Below, piece by piece: positions 39,779 to 50,718 of a stretch of DNA of 64,000 nucleotides. This DNA comes from Azolla caroliniana. Its lineage: Eukaryota; Plantae; Polypodiophyta. The notes below the pieces were generated by a model that ran no database searches, was not told the origin of the DNA, and worked only from the letters and a program-made list of their open reading frames with translations. The position numbers and the translations under genes are program-made. The stretch's first letter is position 1, and each line of letters starts with the position of its first letter. The DNA lies in NCBI GenBank assembly GCA_043228905.1, contig JBHGNT010000001.1, forward strand, positions 13,268,001 to 13,332,000. Reading direction: 5' to 3'.

Positions 39779-42700
39779 CTTATTGATTTCGACGAGATGC
39801 TCACCTCCAATGACTAGGTCATCCACATATAAGATGATGACGATCGGACTTGCGGAATCGCTTCGTATGTAGAGGGAGTTGTCCGATTTTGACATACGGA
39901 AGCCGATTTGATGAAGATACTACGTTATCTTCGAATGCGAAGCACGTGGTGCTTGCTTGAGGCCGTAGAGTGGCTTCTTGAGTCGGCAAATAGCTTTCGG
40001 ATGGGTGCTCGAGTTGAAGCCGGGTGGTTGGATAATGTACACCTCCTCTTCTAATTCGCCTTGTAGAAAGGCGTTCTTGACGTCCATTTGATGGAGGTGC
40101 CACCCTTTTGCCGCGGCAATCGCAATTACGGCCCGCACCGTCGTCATCTTTGCCACCAGGGCAAAGGTCTCTTCGTAGTCAACGCCATGCGTCTGAGCAT
40201 ATCCTTTCGCTACGAGTCGAGCTTTGTAGCGGTTCACGGAGCCATCGGTGTTATACTTCACCTTGTAGATCCATCTGCATCCGATCGCCTTTTTATGTGG
40301 TGAGGTGGGAACGAGATCCCACGTCTTGTTCTTCCGTAGTGCCTGCATCTCCTCGTTTATTGCTTCGATCCATTGCGGGTCCTTCACAGCTTCCGAAAAG
40401 GTTTCCGGCTCCCGTACTGTCGCTACCTTCATCATAAAGGCGTAATGGTACGCCATATAATCGTTGTAGCCAAATCGGCTTACGGGGTTCTTTTCACGGG
40501 TGGATCGGCGGAGCTTTTCATTTGCAGAGATGAGGGCTTTCTTAGCTCCAATTGGTACCTCGAAACAGCCGAACTCACTGTCGAGTGAGTGAGTCGACTC
40601 ATCGTCGTTGAAGCGATCGTCTTTATATTTCGACATTTTCGCCTTGCCTTTGTCCATCTTCGGGCTAGGCCGTGATGTGCTTTGATCGCTCAAAGGCTCT
40701 TGTGGTCCGCTCAATCGGGTCGTGATCGGACTTTCTTTGAATATGCGCTTAAGGCGATCTTCATCCTCGATCTCTTGTTCGGTGAATTCCGGGTCGAGCG
40801 GAGTCGGAGTTGGAGTTGTCTCTAGTGTGTACCAGGATGCGGACTCGTCAAAAACGACGTCTCGACTTACTCGAGATTTTCGAGTTGAGGGGTTGTAGCA
40901 CTTGTACCCCTTTTGCTCCAGTGAGTATCCTACGAGGATACATTTCTTCGACTTCGGGTCGAGCTTTTGACGCTTCTCGTCGGGGATGTGCACGTACACA
41001 ATGGAGCCAATTATCCGAACATGTGATAGGTTCGGCTTCTTTACGAAGAATTTTTAGTGCGGAGTGACCTTGTGCACGCCGGATGTTGTGCACCGGTTCA
41101 TTAGGTAGATGGCCGTATTTGCAGCTTCGGCCCAATATGACTTGGGCATATGCCTCTCGTTCATCATGGCCCACGCTACTTCGAGGATGTGCCGATTTTT
41201 GCGCTCGGCTACTCCGTTTTGTTGCGAAGTGTGTCGGCAAGTGAAATCTCGCTGAATTCCTTCCTTTCAGAGATATGCCATGAAATCGTCCGAGAAGTAC
41301 TCCTTGCCGCCATCCGATCGAAGGCATCGTACATGTCGGCCCGTGGTTTTCTCGACTTCATTCTTGAAATTTTGGAAGTGTCCGAACACTTTTCTCTTTT
41401 GCCGCATCGGGTAGATCCAAGTGTGCCTAGAGAAGTTGTCGATGAAGAGCACGTAATATCGGAATCCGCCGAATGTAGCCGTCTGCGCCGGTTCCCATAC
41501 GTCGGAATGGACTATGTCGAGTAGACCTTTGCTCACGTTCCGCTCTTTCGGGAATGGGTGTCAGTGTTGCTTGCCGAATTGGCACGCTTCGCATACACCT
41601 TCAATCTCCTTCTCTTTGAATGTCGGGAGTCCGATGACGACTCCTTTCGATTTCATTGCTTTGAGTTTGTTGAGATTGATGTGGCTGATTTGCTTGTGCC
41701 ATAGCTCTATATCAGAGTCGGCTTTCGTGTTTTTCGTGAAAATGGCGGATTTCATCTCGCGTGAATCGAGAATGAACATCCGGCCCTCTCTTCGTCTGTG
41801 TGCGATGAGTTGGCCGTCTTTTTCGATGAAGCAACCGCCTTGATTAAATCGAACTTGCATCCGTTGCTCTACAATTTGGCCGACGGAGACTAAATTCTTC
41901 GTAATGGTCGGTACATGCAAGACATTTTTAATGTAATTTTGCTTACCTTCTTTTCTGAACGGAACATGGCCAATGTGCCGAATCGGGTGCGTAGTGTCGT
42001 CTCTGGTTTCGACATAGCCGGGTCGGTCCGGCTCTCAAAGTTCTCGGAACCATTCTTGATGCGATGTATTATGGTTCGAGGCACCGGAATCGACGAACCA
42101 TACGTCTTCCGGACCGGAGGCACTAGTTGAGGTAGCGGCTGACATAGAGTTTGCTCTATGTTTCATCATGAACATTTCGCCACGGTTGGAGTTGTGGGCA
42201 TACATTCCACCACGATCTTCGTAGTCGGAGTTGTGCCCGTACATTTCGCCACGGTCGGAGTTGGGTGCATACATTCCGCCACGATCTTCGTAGTCGGAGT
42301 TGTGTGCGTAATTCGTGAGTTGTCGGCTTGTGGAAGCCCATTCACGCATCTTCTTTCGGCACTCTTCTTCATGATGGCCGAGCTTTCCGCAATATCTGCA
42401 TTCGGTTGCGTTTTGACGGCTCGGGCCGGAGTGGAAGCTCCCCCTTCTTGCGAAGGTTCCTCGTTGGCCTCCGTTTTGCGGCCGAAATTAGGAGTTGTTG
42501 TCGTAGGTCGGACCTCGTCCGCCTTGTCCTTGGCCGAATCGACCTCTCGCTCGTCCGCGTCCTCTTCCTCCATTAGAATGCGTGTAGAGCATGTGGCCTT
42601 CCGACTCATTGCTCCTTGTACGCACGTGGTTTTCTTCGACCAATAACATTGATTGGAACTCGAAGAAGGAGGGAGATTTCTCCCGTGCTAGAACGGCGGT

Positions 42701-43412
42701 TCGCATTGTGCCGAACCGTGGTGCGTGGCCGCCGAGGCATATTTGCACCATCTCATCATCATCTATACTTACGCTTATTGAGCCGAGCAAGTCGCAGAGC
42801 TCCTTGATCTTCAAGGTGTATGTCGTGATGGACATGTCCCTTTGTTGAATGTTGTTCAACTCTTGGCGGAGTTGAAGCTTCCTCGCGCTTGTGTTGGCGG
42901 CAAAAATCTTTCGTAGATTTTCCCATGCTTCCTTCGACGTCTTGGCTTCTTGAATGTAACCGAGCATGTGGTCGTGAACACATGTCGCCAAACAATACAT
43001 CACGCGGCTTGCCGCTTGCTCCCATGTCGCGTATCCGGGAGCCGCTTCGGCGGGTCGGTGTTCATGCGCTCCTTTGATGTAGCTCCAATAGCCTTGTCCG
43101 ACAAGGTATTGGTGCATCTTGTACTCCCAAGATGTGAAGTTGTTTCGATCCAACTTCTCGGTAGGGAGAGCACTCCCCATTTGAGTATTCATTATGTCGA
43201 TTCTTCTTCTTCTTCTTCTCTCTTCGAATGCGAGCTATGTAGCGAAGCTACGATAGCTATGAGCCGGTTCTTTGTCGTCGGCGTAGAGCACAACACACGA
43301 TCATGATGAGGCGAATGGGCTAGATCGAGCTACCAAATCGCTCTGATACCATGTAAAGAATCAAGAGATGGATTCTTGTGAAGCGGAACAGGTGTGAACT
43401 GTGTGTGTGTGT

Positions 43413-43460
<48 letters not shown>

Positions 43461-45016
43461 ACACAAGGTTAAAAGTCTATTAACAAAGGAGAAAGACTCA
43501 ACGTTATACAAGGTGGGAGGAGGGTGCTTTATGTAGTCACCCTCTCCCTTCATTAACTACAAGACTCATGGAGCATGGGGAATGTGAAAGCTCATAAGTT
43601 ATGTGTCATAGAATATGATTCTATGACTCATACTAAATGCTAGAATACAAAGTGGTGACTTAATGGTGACTCTTGACCGTTGGAGTGTCTATTCACTCTC
43701 AAGGTGAGTTCACACACTAGACCAAGTTGAGCTTGATTCTCAACAGAGTCGTATACCTCTATGTGACTGCTTAGAGCACCAAAAGCTGCTTATGATTTCA
43801 GAGTTAATCTTTTGTATCATGTGTTTTGGCCAATAAATCATAATTAAGTAATATTGCATGTAAGCCATGAATATAGATTGCACTATCCTCAATCTAACAT
43901 GGAGTGGCCATGTTGCAATCTTCCAATAACTTAGTTTTTGTCTCTTTGCAGAACCCATTCAGTCTTTCTTTTCCCTATTGCATTCCATTCCAATGGATAG
44001 CCAAGATGTCTAACCATTTCATTTGGTCTAACAACTTGACCTAGCCATAGAAGTTGATGCCAACTATATGGCATCAATAGTAGAAGTTTAGTCTTATTGA
44101 AGTTAACATGTAATCCAACAACTAATCCATACAATTTGAGGGCATCCATAATCACCGTCATATCATTTGGATTGTTTTGTGATAGGAATGATGTATCATT
44201 TGCATATGCTTGAGCCACGAAATCATGTCCGTCTTTCATTTGCAAACCGTTGTCGTGTTATTACGCAAGTGCGTGTGGAAACGAGGCGGGACCGCGGGGG
44301 TCTCGAACCAAAGAGCAAGCGAGGGAGGAGAAAGAGAGAGAACCGGCTACGCAGGACCGGGGATACACAGGGACACGGCCCTTCAGCACGGAGAACGCGA
44401 ACGAACACCGACACAGACAGATGCGAATGACTAAATATATATATTAAGAATGGCTAACACGACTACAACCCTCGATGGGGCACAGGTTGGTTACAACCGA
44501 GCAGGCCGGCGAACAGATGCCGATGCCTGTTCGCTTCGACGCACGAAGGGGGTAGCCGGTCGGAGGTGCTGCCGGAAGCACTCGGGCGTTCCTCGAAACA
44601 GCGCGAGCCTCCTCGGAACCCTGCACAGAAAGCTATGGAGCTCAAGAAGGAAGGAAACAGAGAGCGAAGCGCCCAGAAACGGTCCGACAGCACTTCCTCC
44701 TCTCTGCGCGAGCTCCCTGCAATAGCTCTTTCCTGCTCCTTATATAGGCCGACGAGCAGGCCGTCATGTCAGCTTTATTCCCTGTCCCTTTTGGACAGGG
44801 ATTCGCTTCGTCCTTCACGCATCCGGGTAGTTACGCCGCCGACTCGTACAGTTCCTTCGCTCGCGCGCACGACCGAAAAGACTGTTCGCGCGGTCTTTGT
44901 CTCCACTTGTGTTAGGGCCCGTTCCCGCCGATTATCCTCCTAATTCGCTTCTATGTACAACTCAGAGCGTGCGCGCGTGAAGAACCTGTTCCCACGCCTT
45001 GGTGCGCCGATTCCGC

Positions 45017-48000
45017 CTATGGACGGTTTTCTTCACGACATCCGCCCCCACCTAACCGTGCATCCTCCGGTATGCACCAAGAGAGCTGGGACGGAGAAAA
45101 CCGGCCCGTCTTCATTTCTTCGCCCGTCGGTTCTTCCTCGTTTTCGGATCTTTCGTCACTGCTGACTAGGAGAGCTGGGTCTGGCTCGTCGTCGTGTCGC
45201 TTCTTGAACGCTTTGATCCGCTTCCCTGCAACCGGTATCGCCATTCTCGTGCCGTCTAGTTCCGCCAGGTGATATGTCCCGTTGTCGTTGGCGCTCCGTA
45301 CCACGTAAGGCCTGAACCACCTTCGTGCGAACTTCCGTGTAGCTCGGTGCTGGTTGTCGAGGCTGCTGTCGTAGACGAGCACCCAGTCACCTTCTTCGAT
45401 TTTCTTCGGTCGGAGCCGGTGCGTTCGGTCGAACCGGGCTTTGTTCTTTGTCCTCGCCACCCGGAGCTTCTCCGCAGCCAGTGCCACGTCCTCCGGTCTC
45501 CGCTCGAGCTGTCGTATACGTGCGGCCAACAACTCCTCCCGGCTCATCTCGTCCCTCCAGTCGACCGTTGCCCACGAGGAGATCGTCCGTTCTATCGGCA
45601 TGATCGGCTTCTGGCCGAACATGAGCTCCGTCGGCATGTACCCGGTTACCGAACTGTGCGTGGTCCGGTCTGCCCACAAAGCATAAGGTAGCAGCCGCGG
45701 CCAGTTTCCGACTTGGCCTCCGCATGCTCGAACCAGCGCCTTGACGATCGGTCCGTGTCCGCGCTCCACCTTTCCATTCGCCTCCGGATTGTACGCAGTG
45801 GTGAGCGAGAGCTTGACCCCCAGCCGGTCGAACAGCTCCGCGGCTTCTTCGGCGTCCAACTCCCCTCGGTCAGCCACAATCTTCCCGACGCACCCGTACC
45901 GGCATATCACGTCCTCGATTAGGAACCGACATACGGCCGCGGTCGTTTTGTTCGGAAGGGCCCGGCCTTCCACCTGGTTCGTCAGATCCTCCCGTGCTAG
46001 GACCAGGTACCGCATCTGTCCTACCCCCATTGGCATCGTCACCAGATCTACCATCCATTTGAAGTGGATGGTCGGAGGGTACGTAGGGTGAAGCTCGTCC
46101 CGGTGCCGGACCACGGAGTGCATCTGACAGCTCTCGCAAGTCGTCACTAATCGGTGCACGTCCTGGTACAGTCCCGGCCACCAGTACTTCTCCTTTATCT
46201 TCTCGAACGTGGCCCAAGTTCCACGGTGTCCGGCCCAAGGGCTGTCGTGGTAGGCCGTCAGCAGCTCCTCCTGTTCTTCCTTCATCGCCACCACCCGGGG
46301 CGGAGCGCCGTCCCTCTTCTTCGGGTGTTTCCATAGATAGCCATCCCGGAGAAAGAACCGGTACGCTTTCTTCCGGATCCGGTTGGCCTCGTCCTTCGTC
46401 CATGACGCATCGGGCGTCATTGTCTTCAAAAACCCACCGATCTGCAGCCACTCCCCGTCGTACTTGCTCGCGTCGAAGTCGTTAAGCGCCGAAGTGCTTG
46501 TTCCGTCGGTTGTTACATACGCCGTCTCGAAGAAGTCCACGCCGACCTCTTCGTCCTCCGAAACCATGCCGCCCTCGTCATCGAATCTCGCCCTTGAAAG
46601 CATGTCGGCCATGGCGTTGTCTTTCCCGGAAATGTGTCGTATTTCCGGGTCCAGGGACTTGATGTACGCTATCCACCTGAGCATTGCCAGGTCCGGCGTC
46701 GCGCATCCGGAAACCATGCCGAGAATCGGCATGCAATCCGTCTCTATGATTACCTCTGTCCCGATCAGATAGTCCTTGTCAGCCTTCACCGCCGAAACGA
46801 TACCCCAGAGTTCGCGTTTAACCTGGGCGTATCCTCGCTGCCGTTCGCTGAGGACCTTCGCGCCGAATCGGATCGGAAACCGATCGCCGTCCTCGTCTTC
46901 TTGGTTGACGACCCACCCGATTCCGGTCGGACTCGTGTCAACCGTTATGTACACTGGGGTGCCCTTCCTGTAGACGGCCTTTCGGAGCGCCGGTGCTGCC
47001 GAAAGAGCCTCCTTCAGCTTCCGGACCGACTCCGTGTGCTTGTCTAGCCATTCGAATCTTCGCCCTTTCTTCAATAATCCGTACAGCGGCTCCGCGACGT
47101 GCGCGTAATGCGGGATCCATATGTGGTAGAAGGCGCATGCTCCCAAGAATCTTCGTACTTCCGTGACCGAGCTGCAATCAGGCTTCATCGCGGAGATGGC
47201 TTCTATCTTTGCCGGAGACGGTTTCCGGCCATATGGTCCACATAAATGTCCGACCACCATGATTTCCGACTGCCCGAACGCTGACTTCTCCCCCGAGAAG
47301 GTGAGCCTCGCATCCTCTAGCCTTTGCAGCACCTTCTCGCAGTCGTCGATGTGCGTCACCACGAATCGCCGGCATCCGTCCGGCCCGATCGTCTCGTCCT
47401 TCTCTTCTACCGGGCATCCCTTGATCGGGATGTCGTCTAGAAACGGCATGGTGATGTCCGGGATGCAGTCCCTCAGCACCTTGTTCATTGCATTCACCAT
47501 GTGGGCCACCGAGTTGGTCCCTCCTTGCGGCAGCGTACACATCCGCACTAGGCCGAGGGGAGTTCGCATCGTCGTAATGTCCCTGCTCTCCACGGCTAGC
47601 TGGAACTGGTCGTACCCTGAGTATAGATCACCGACCGAGTAAATCGACCTTCCGGCGAAGGCCTCCGCGAACTCGTCTATGGTTGGTCCGATCCCTGCGT
47701 TCCGAATGGTCACCCTGTTGACCGGTTGCAGGTCCTGAATGAAGCGCAATGATCCGTTTTTCTTTGGTACCGTAAACCACCGGTTCGAGTACGGGGCGTT
47801 CGACGGCTCGAGAATGCCCATATCAACTTTCTGCTTCAACAGCTCCATCAACTTCGGGATGTGAGCTCTCGGAACCGGAATTGGCTTGAGATTCCACGGT
47901 ACATGCGGTACCGTGAATATCACCATCGGCTCTACGATCGTCGGGTCTACGCACCCGATTTCCTCCGGTGAGAATGCGAAGGCTTTCCCGTGCCTTCCGA

Positions 48001-48601
48001 GCATCCTCCGAAATCGGTCTTCCTCCGCCGGTAGTAGGAACCCGCCCCCACCGATCTTCAGCTCGCGGAGCGTCTCGTTGGTGAAGGTGTGTCCTATGCA
48101 GGCCGGATCTCGTAAGCTGGGGTCCGATGCAACCCCTTTGATTCGGGATTCGCCGCCCTCCGGTAAGGGCGCCGCAACTGGCCTCACCTTCCGGTCCACA
48201 GTCTTGTACTTGGTGCTAACTCGGGCCGTCCGTCCCGACTCGAGCCATCGACCGAAGTCCGCGATGACTTCGTACATTTCTTCGGAACATACCGGTATCG
48301 TCCGGTCTTCGTTAAGGTCTTCTTCGACTACCTTCCCCAGCATTCCCAAGGTGTCGTCGAAGGAGACTGCCTCCACGGCTCCGTTGATTTCTTCGTCAGG
48401 GCCGAGAACTCCGCACGCTCGAAGTCTCCCCTCCGTCTTTGTTTTCTCTCGGCCGGCGATGCCGACCATCGCACATGCTCCGCTGCCGGAGAAGCAAAAT
48501 TTCCTACCTATTGTACACGGTTTTATCGTACAGATGTGGGGTCTTCCCGGAGCATCCGGACTGTCGCGGCCCCACGCCTTGGCAGTCCTTTCTAAAAATC
48601 C
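45017..48601 (-). CDS. pol: RT-RNaseH-integrase ORF2 of Gypsy E, -1 frame relative to ORF1
   Basis: RFIQDLQPVN, DLYSGYDQ, LPQGGTNS, PFLDD, VDTSPTG, H-x6-H...CESC, VADRG, NGKVER. The frame is open back to the ORF1 stop region, and the stop lies in the 3' LTR. Confidence 0.9.
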   Translation of the reverse strand, partial: GFLERTAKAWGRDSPDAPGRPHICTIKPCTIGRKFCFSGSGACAMVGIAGREKTKTEGRLRACGVLGPDEEINGAVEAVSFDDTLGMLGKVVEEDLNEDRTIPVCSEEMYEVIADFGRWLESGRTARVSTKYKTVDRKVRPVAAPLPEGGESRIKGVASDPSLRDPACIGHTFTNETLRELKIGGGGFLLPAEEDRFRRMLGRHGKAFAFSPEEIGCVDPTIVEPMVIFTVPHVPWNLKPIPVPRAHIPKLMELLKQKVDMGILEPSNAPYSNRWFTVPKKNGSLRFIQDLQPVNRVTIRNAGIGPTIDEFAEAFAGRSIYSVGDLYSGYDQFQLAVESRDITTMRTPLGLVRMCTLPQGGTNSVAHMVNAMNKVLRDCIPDITMPFLDDIPIKGCPVEEKDETIGPDGCRRFVVTHIDDCEKVLQRLEDARLTFSGEKSAFGQSEIMVVGHLCGPYGRKPSPAKIEAISAMKPDCSSVTEVRRFLGACAFYHIWIPHYAHVAEPLYGLLKKGRRFEWLDKHTESVRKLKEALSAAPALRKAVYRKGTPVYITVDTSPTGIGWVVNQEDEDGDRFPIRFGAKVLSERQRGYAQVKRELWGIVSAVKADKDYLIGTEVIIETDCMPILGMVSGCATPDLAMLRWIAYIKSLDPEIRHISGKDNAMADMLSRARFDDEGGMVSEDEEVGVDFFETAYVTTDGTSTSALNDFDASKYDGEWLQIGGFLKTMTPDASWTKDEANRIRKKAYRFFLRDGYLWKHPKKRDGAPPRVVAMKEEQEELLTAYHDSPWAGHRGTWATFEKIKEKYWWPGLYQDVHRLVTTCESCQMHSVVRHRDELHPTYPPTIHFKWMVDLVTMPMGVGQMRYLVLAREDLTNQVEGRALPNKTTAAVCRFLIEDVICRYGCVGKIVADRGELDAEEAAELFDRLGVKLSLTTAYNPEANGKVERGHGPIVKALVRACGGQVGNWPRLLPYALWADRTTHSSVTGYMPTELMFGQKPIMPIERTISSWATVDWRDEMSREELLAARIRQLERRPEDVALAAEKLRVARTKNKARFDRTHRLRPKKIEEGDWVLVYDSSLDNQHRATRKFARRWFRPYVVRSANDNGTYHLAELDGTRMAIPVAGKRIKAFKKRHDDEPDPALLVSSDERSENEEEPTGEEMKTGRFSPSQLSWCIPEDARLGGGGCREENRP

Positions 48602-50718
48602 TCTCGGTTTTCGGAACCGAGGGAGTCGCAGTTACGTTCGTGGTTCGGCCGTACCGTCAGAAACTGGACCGAATGGCGCCCGTCTTGGCTTTTGACCCTC
48701 GCGTAGGCCGAACCATTGTCCAGCACCTTGGTCTCCATTCGCGCCGCCGTGATGTACGGCTCTCCCAGTATGACCGGATGCGAAGACGTCTCCTGCACGA
48801 AGAAGTGCTGGTCAATCTCGACGTCGCCGATCTTGACTCGCACATTCGGACAGGCCCCGTGCAGTTCCTCGGTGGCGCGCGTTGCTGCCCTTATTTTCCA
48901 CCCGTGCTTGGTGTTGATCGGCCATTTGCCCTTCTTATAGAAGTCCATGGACATCAAATTGATCTCCGATCCGTGGTCCACCAAAGCTACCACCGGTTCC
49001 TGGACATCGCCGATCTTTACCGGGGTTTCCGTGGTCGCTCGGGCCCAGTGTGGTCTCGAATAGTGGCTTTCCGCCCACTCGTCTCCCAACGCCATGTCGT
49101 CTAGGTGCGTCGTCCGCACTTCCACCGGTCTTTCCGGTTCTGTCTCCGTCGACAGCCTCTTCCGTTTCACTAAGTCCACGATGGAGTCATGGAACTCCTT
49201 CTTGGCGATTCCCAGCACCTCTCGTAACGACAGCTCCACCTTGCTGTCGAGGATCCGTTCCTCCAGGACCTTTCGTAAGTCCGTGGCTCTTTCTATCTCC
49301 GTCCCCAGACGGTACCCGCCCTTCTGGGGTTTATCTTGCGTACCGGCCCCGCCGGCTTCGTCCCGTCGTGGCCCGGACCGGGTCTCGTATCGTTGTGAGG
49401 GCCCGGTCGTCCCGGGTTTCCCCGCCCGCTTCTCTTCTACCAGAGCCTCGTAGTTCCGGCAAGCGGCTTCCACGAAGCCCGTCTTTTCCTCGACCGGGTC
49501 GCTCCACCCGGTCATCTCCCGTACCCGTTTCTCCGCACGGTCCGATTCCTCCCTTTTAAGCCCTGCACCGGCAAGGCCTTCCAGCATCGTCGGCCAGAAT
49601 CCGGCTTTGCTTTCCCTTCGGGCCTCGCCGCCCCCGACTCGAATGCCGGCTGACGCCGAGTAGTGGACGGTTTCCGCGTGTCGGGCCGCCGCCTCTTCCA
49701 TCAACCTTTTCATACCACCTCGCCCGTCGTTTCGGCTCAGGGCCCTTCGGGTGTCGCTGGCATGCACCCGTCCTTCCCACAGGTACACCACCCTGTCCCT
49801 CAGCGCCTCCGCGAAGTCGCCGCAGTCCTTCCGAATGTGGCCGACTTCATCACACCACATGCACCTGTTTCCTGCCGCCGGCCGTCGGTCACGAGCCGGT
49901 TCGCCACCTTCCCTTCGGGCTTGCGCGATTTGGAGGTCCTTTACCGCCCTCGTCAATTCCTCCAGCGCCGCTCCCCCGGTTGAGCCTCTGACCTCGCCGG
50001 TCGAAGCCGAACCGGTTTCCAACCGCTCTCGGGTCTCTTCCTTTCGCACCTGTGGCGCTGGTTCGAGCTTCCTTGCTGCGACCGAGCCCGGCCCGGTTAC
50101 CCCGTTATCCGCCCATTCTCGCCGTTTGTCGAAACGGCCACAGGCTTTCTTGACAGCCGCCCAGTCGGTAGTGAGCCCGTCTTCGGTTTCCAGCAAGAGG
50201 CCCACTTGCTCCCGATCCCGCTCGTCGACCGACTTGACAAACAGCAAGACCCGGCTCGTGTCCAGGATGGATCGGTCGAGCGCCGAAAGGCGCGCAAAGT
50301 TTTCCTCGAACTCCCGGAGGAGTGCCGACGCGTTTCTTCCCTTCCCCGGGGACTCCACCCATTCCATGAACCTTCGCTTCGAAAGCCGGAGCGCGTCGTC
50401 CAGCCCGTATTTCTCTAGGAGCCGACCTTCGAACTCCTCCCAGGTACGGCTCTCCGCCCGCACCTCGAGCACCTCCGCATGGATGCTCGGCATTGCTACT
50501 CGGGGAAATCCGGCAAGACGCCTTTCTTCCGGAATGTCCCGCATCAGCATTTCTGCACCGTAGGACGCCAGATACTTCGTGGCATCCCTCCCATCGAACC
50601 GGCCGATCGTGCCGACGACCGCCTCGATAGCTCTGTCGAGGGCACCGGTGCCCTCGCGCGCATTTACAATCCGATCCACGGCCGAAGCCATGGCCTCTGC
50701 AAGATCCGACCCCCTCAT
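48592..50718 (-). CDS. gag: Gag-protease ORF1 of Gypsy E
   Basis: CMWCDEVGHIRKDC knuckle followed by an aspartic-protease fold (ALVDHGSEINLM...VILGEPY). First ATG at 50718. Confidence 0.88.
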   Translation of the reverse strand: MRGSDLAEAMASAVDRIVNAREGTGALDRAIEAVVGTIGRFDGRDATKYLASYGAEMLMRDIPEERRLAGFPRVAMPSIHAEVLEVRAESRTWEEFEGRLLEKYGLDDALRLSKRRFMEWVESPGKGRNASALLREFEENFARLSALDRSILDTSRVLLFVKSVDERDREQVGLLLETEDGLTTDWAAVKKACGRFDKRREWADNGVTGPGSVAARKLEPAPQVRKEETRERLETGSASTGEVRGSTGGAALEELTRAVKDLQIAQARREGGEPARDRRPAAGNRCMWCDEVGHIRKDCGDFAEALRDRVVYLWEGRVHASDTRRALSRNDGRGGMKRLMEEAAARHAETVHYSASAGIRVGGGEARRESKAGFWPTMLEGLAGAGLKREESDRAEKRVREMTGWSDPVEEKTGFVEAACRNYEALVEEKRAGKPGTTGPSQRYETRSGPRRDEAGGAGTQDKPQKGGYRLGTEIERATDLRKVLEERILDSKVELSLREVLGIAKKEFHDSIVDLVKRKRLSTETEPERPVEVRTTHLDDMALGDEWAESHYSRPHWARATTETPVKIGDVQEPVVALVDHGSEINLMSMDFYKKGKWPINTKHGWKIRAATRATEELHGACPNVRVKIGDVEIDQHFFVQETSSHPVILGEPYITAARMETKVLDNGSAYARVKSQDGRHSVQFLTVRPNHERNCDSLGSENREDF

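Larger units (their letters stand above)
27080..43745 (-). mobile_element. Ty1/copia element B, full length, degenerate, carrying nested C and D
   Basis: TSD GAGTC at 27075-27079 and 43746-43750. 5' LTR 43352-43745; PBS TGGTATCAGAGC at 43340-43351; PPT cttgagggggcg; 3' LTR 27080-33149, interrupted by C. Gag 42488-43192, PR (WFVDSGASNH), INT, and RT-RH split by D, with several stops and frameshifts. Confidence 0.95.
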
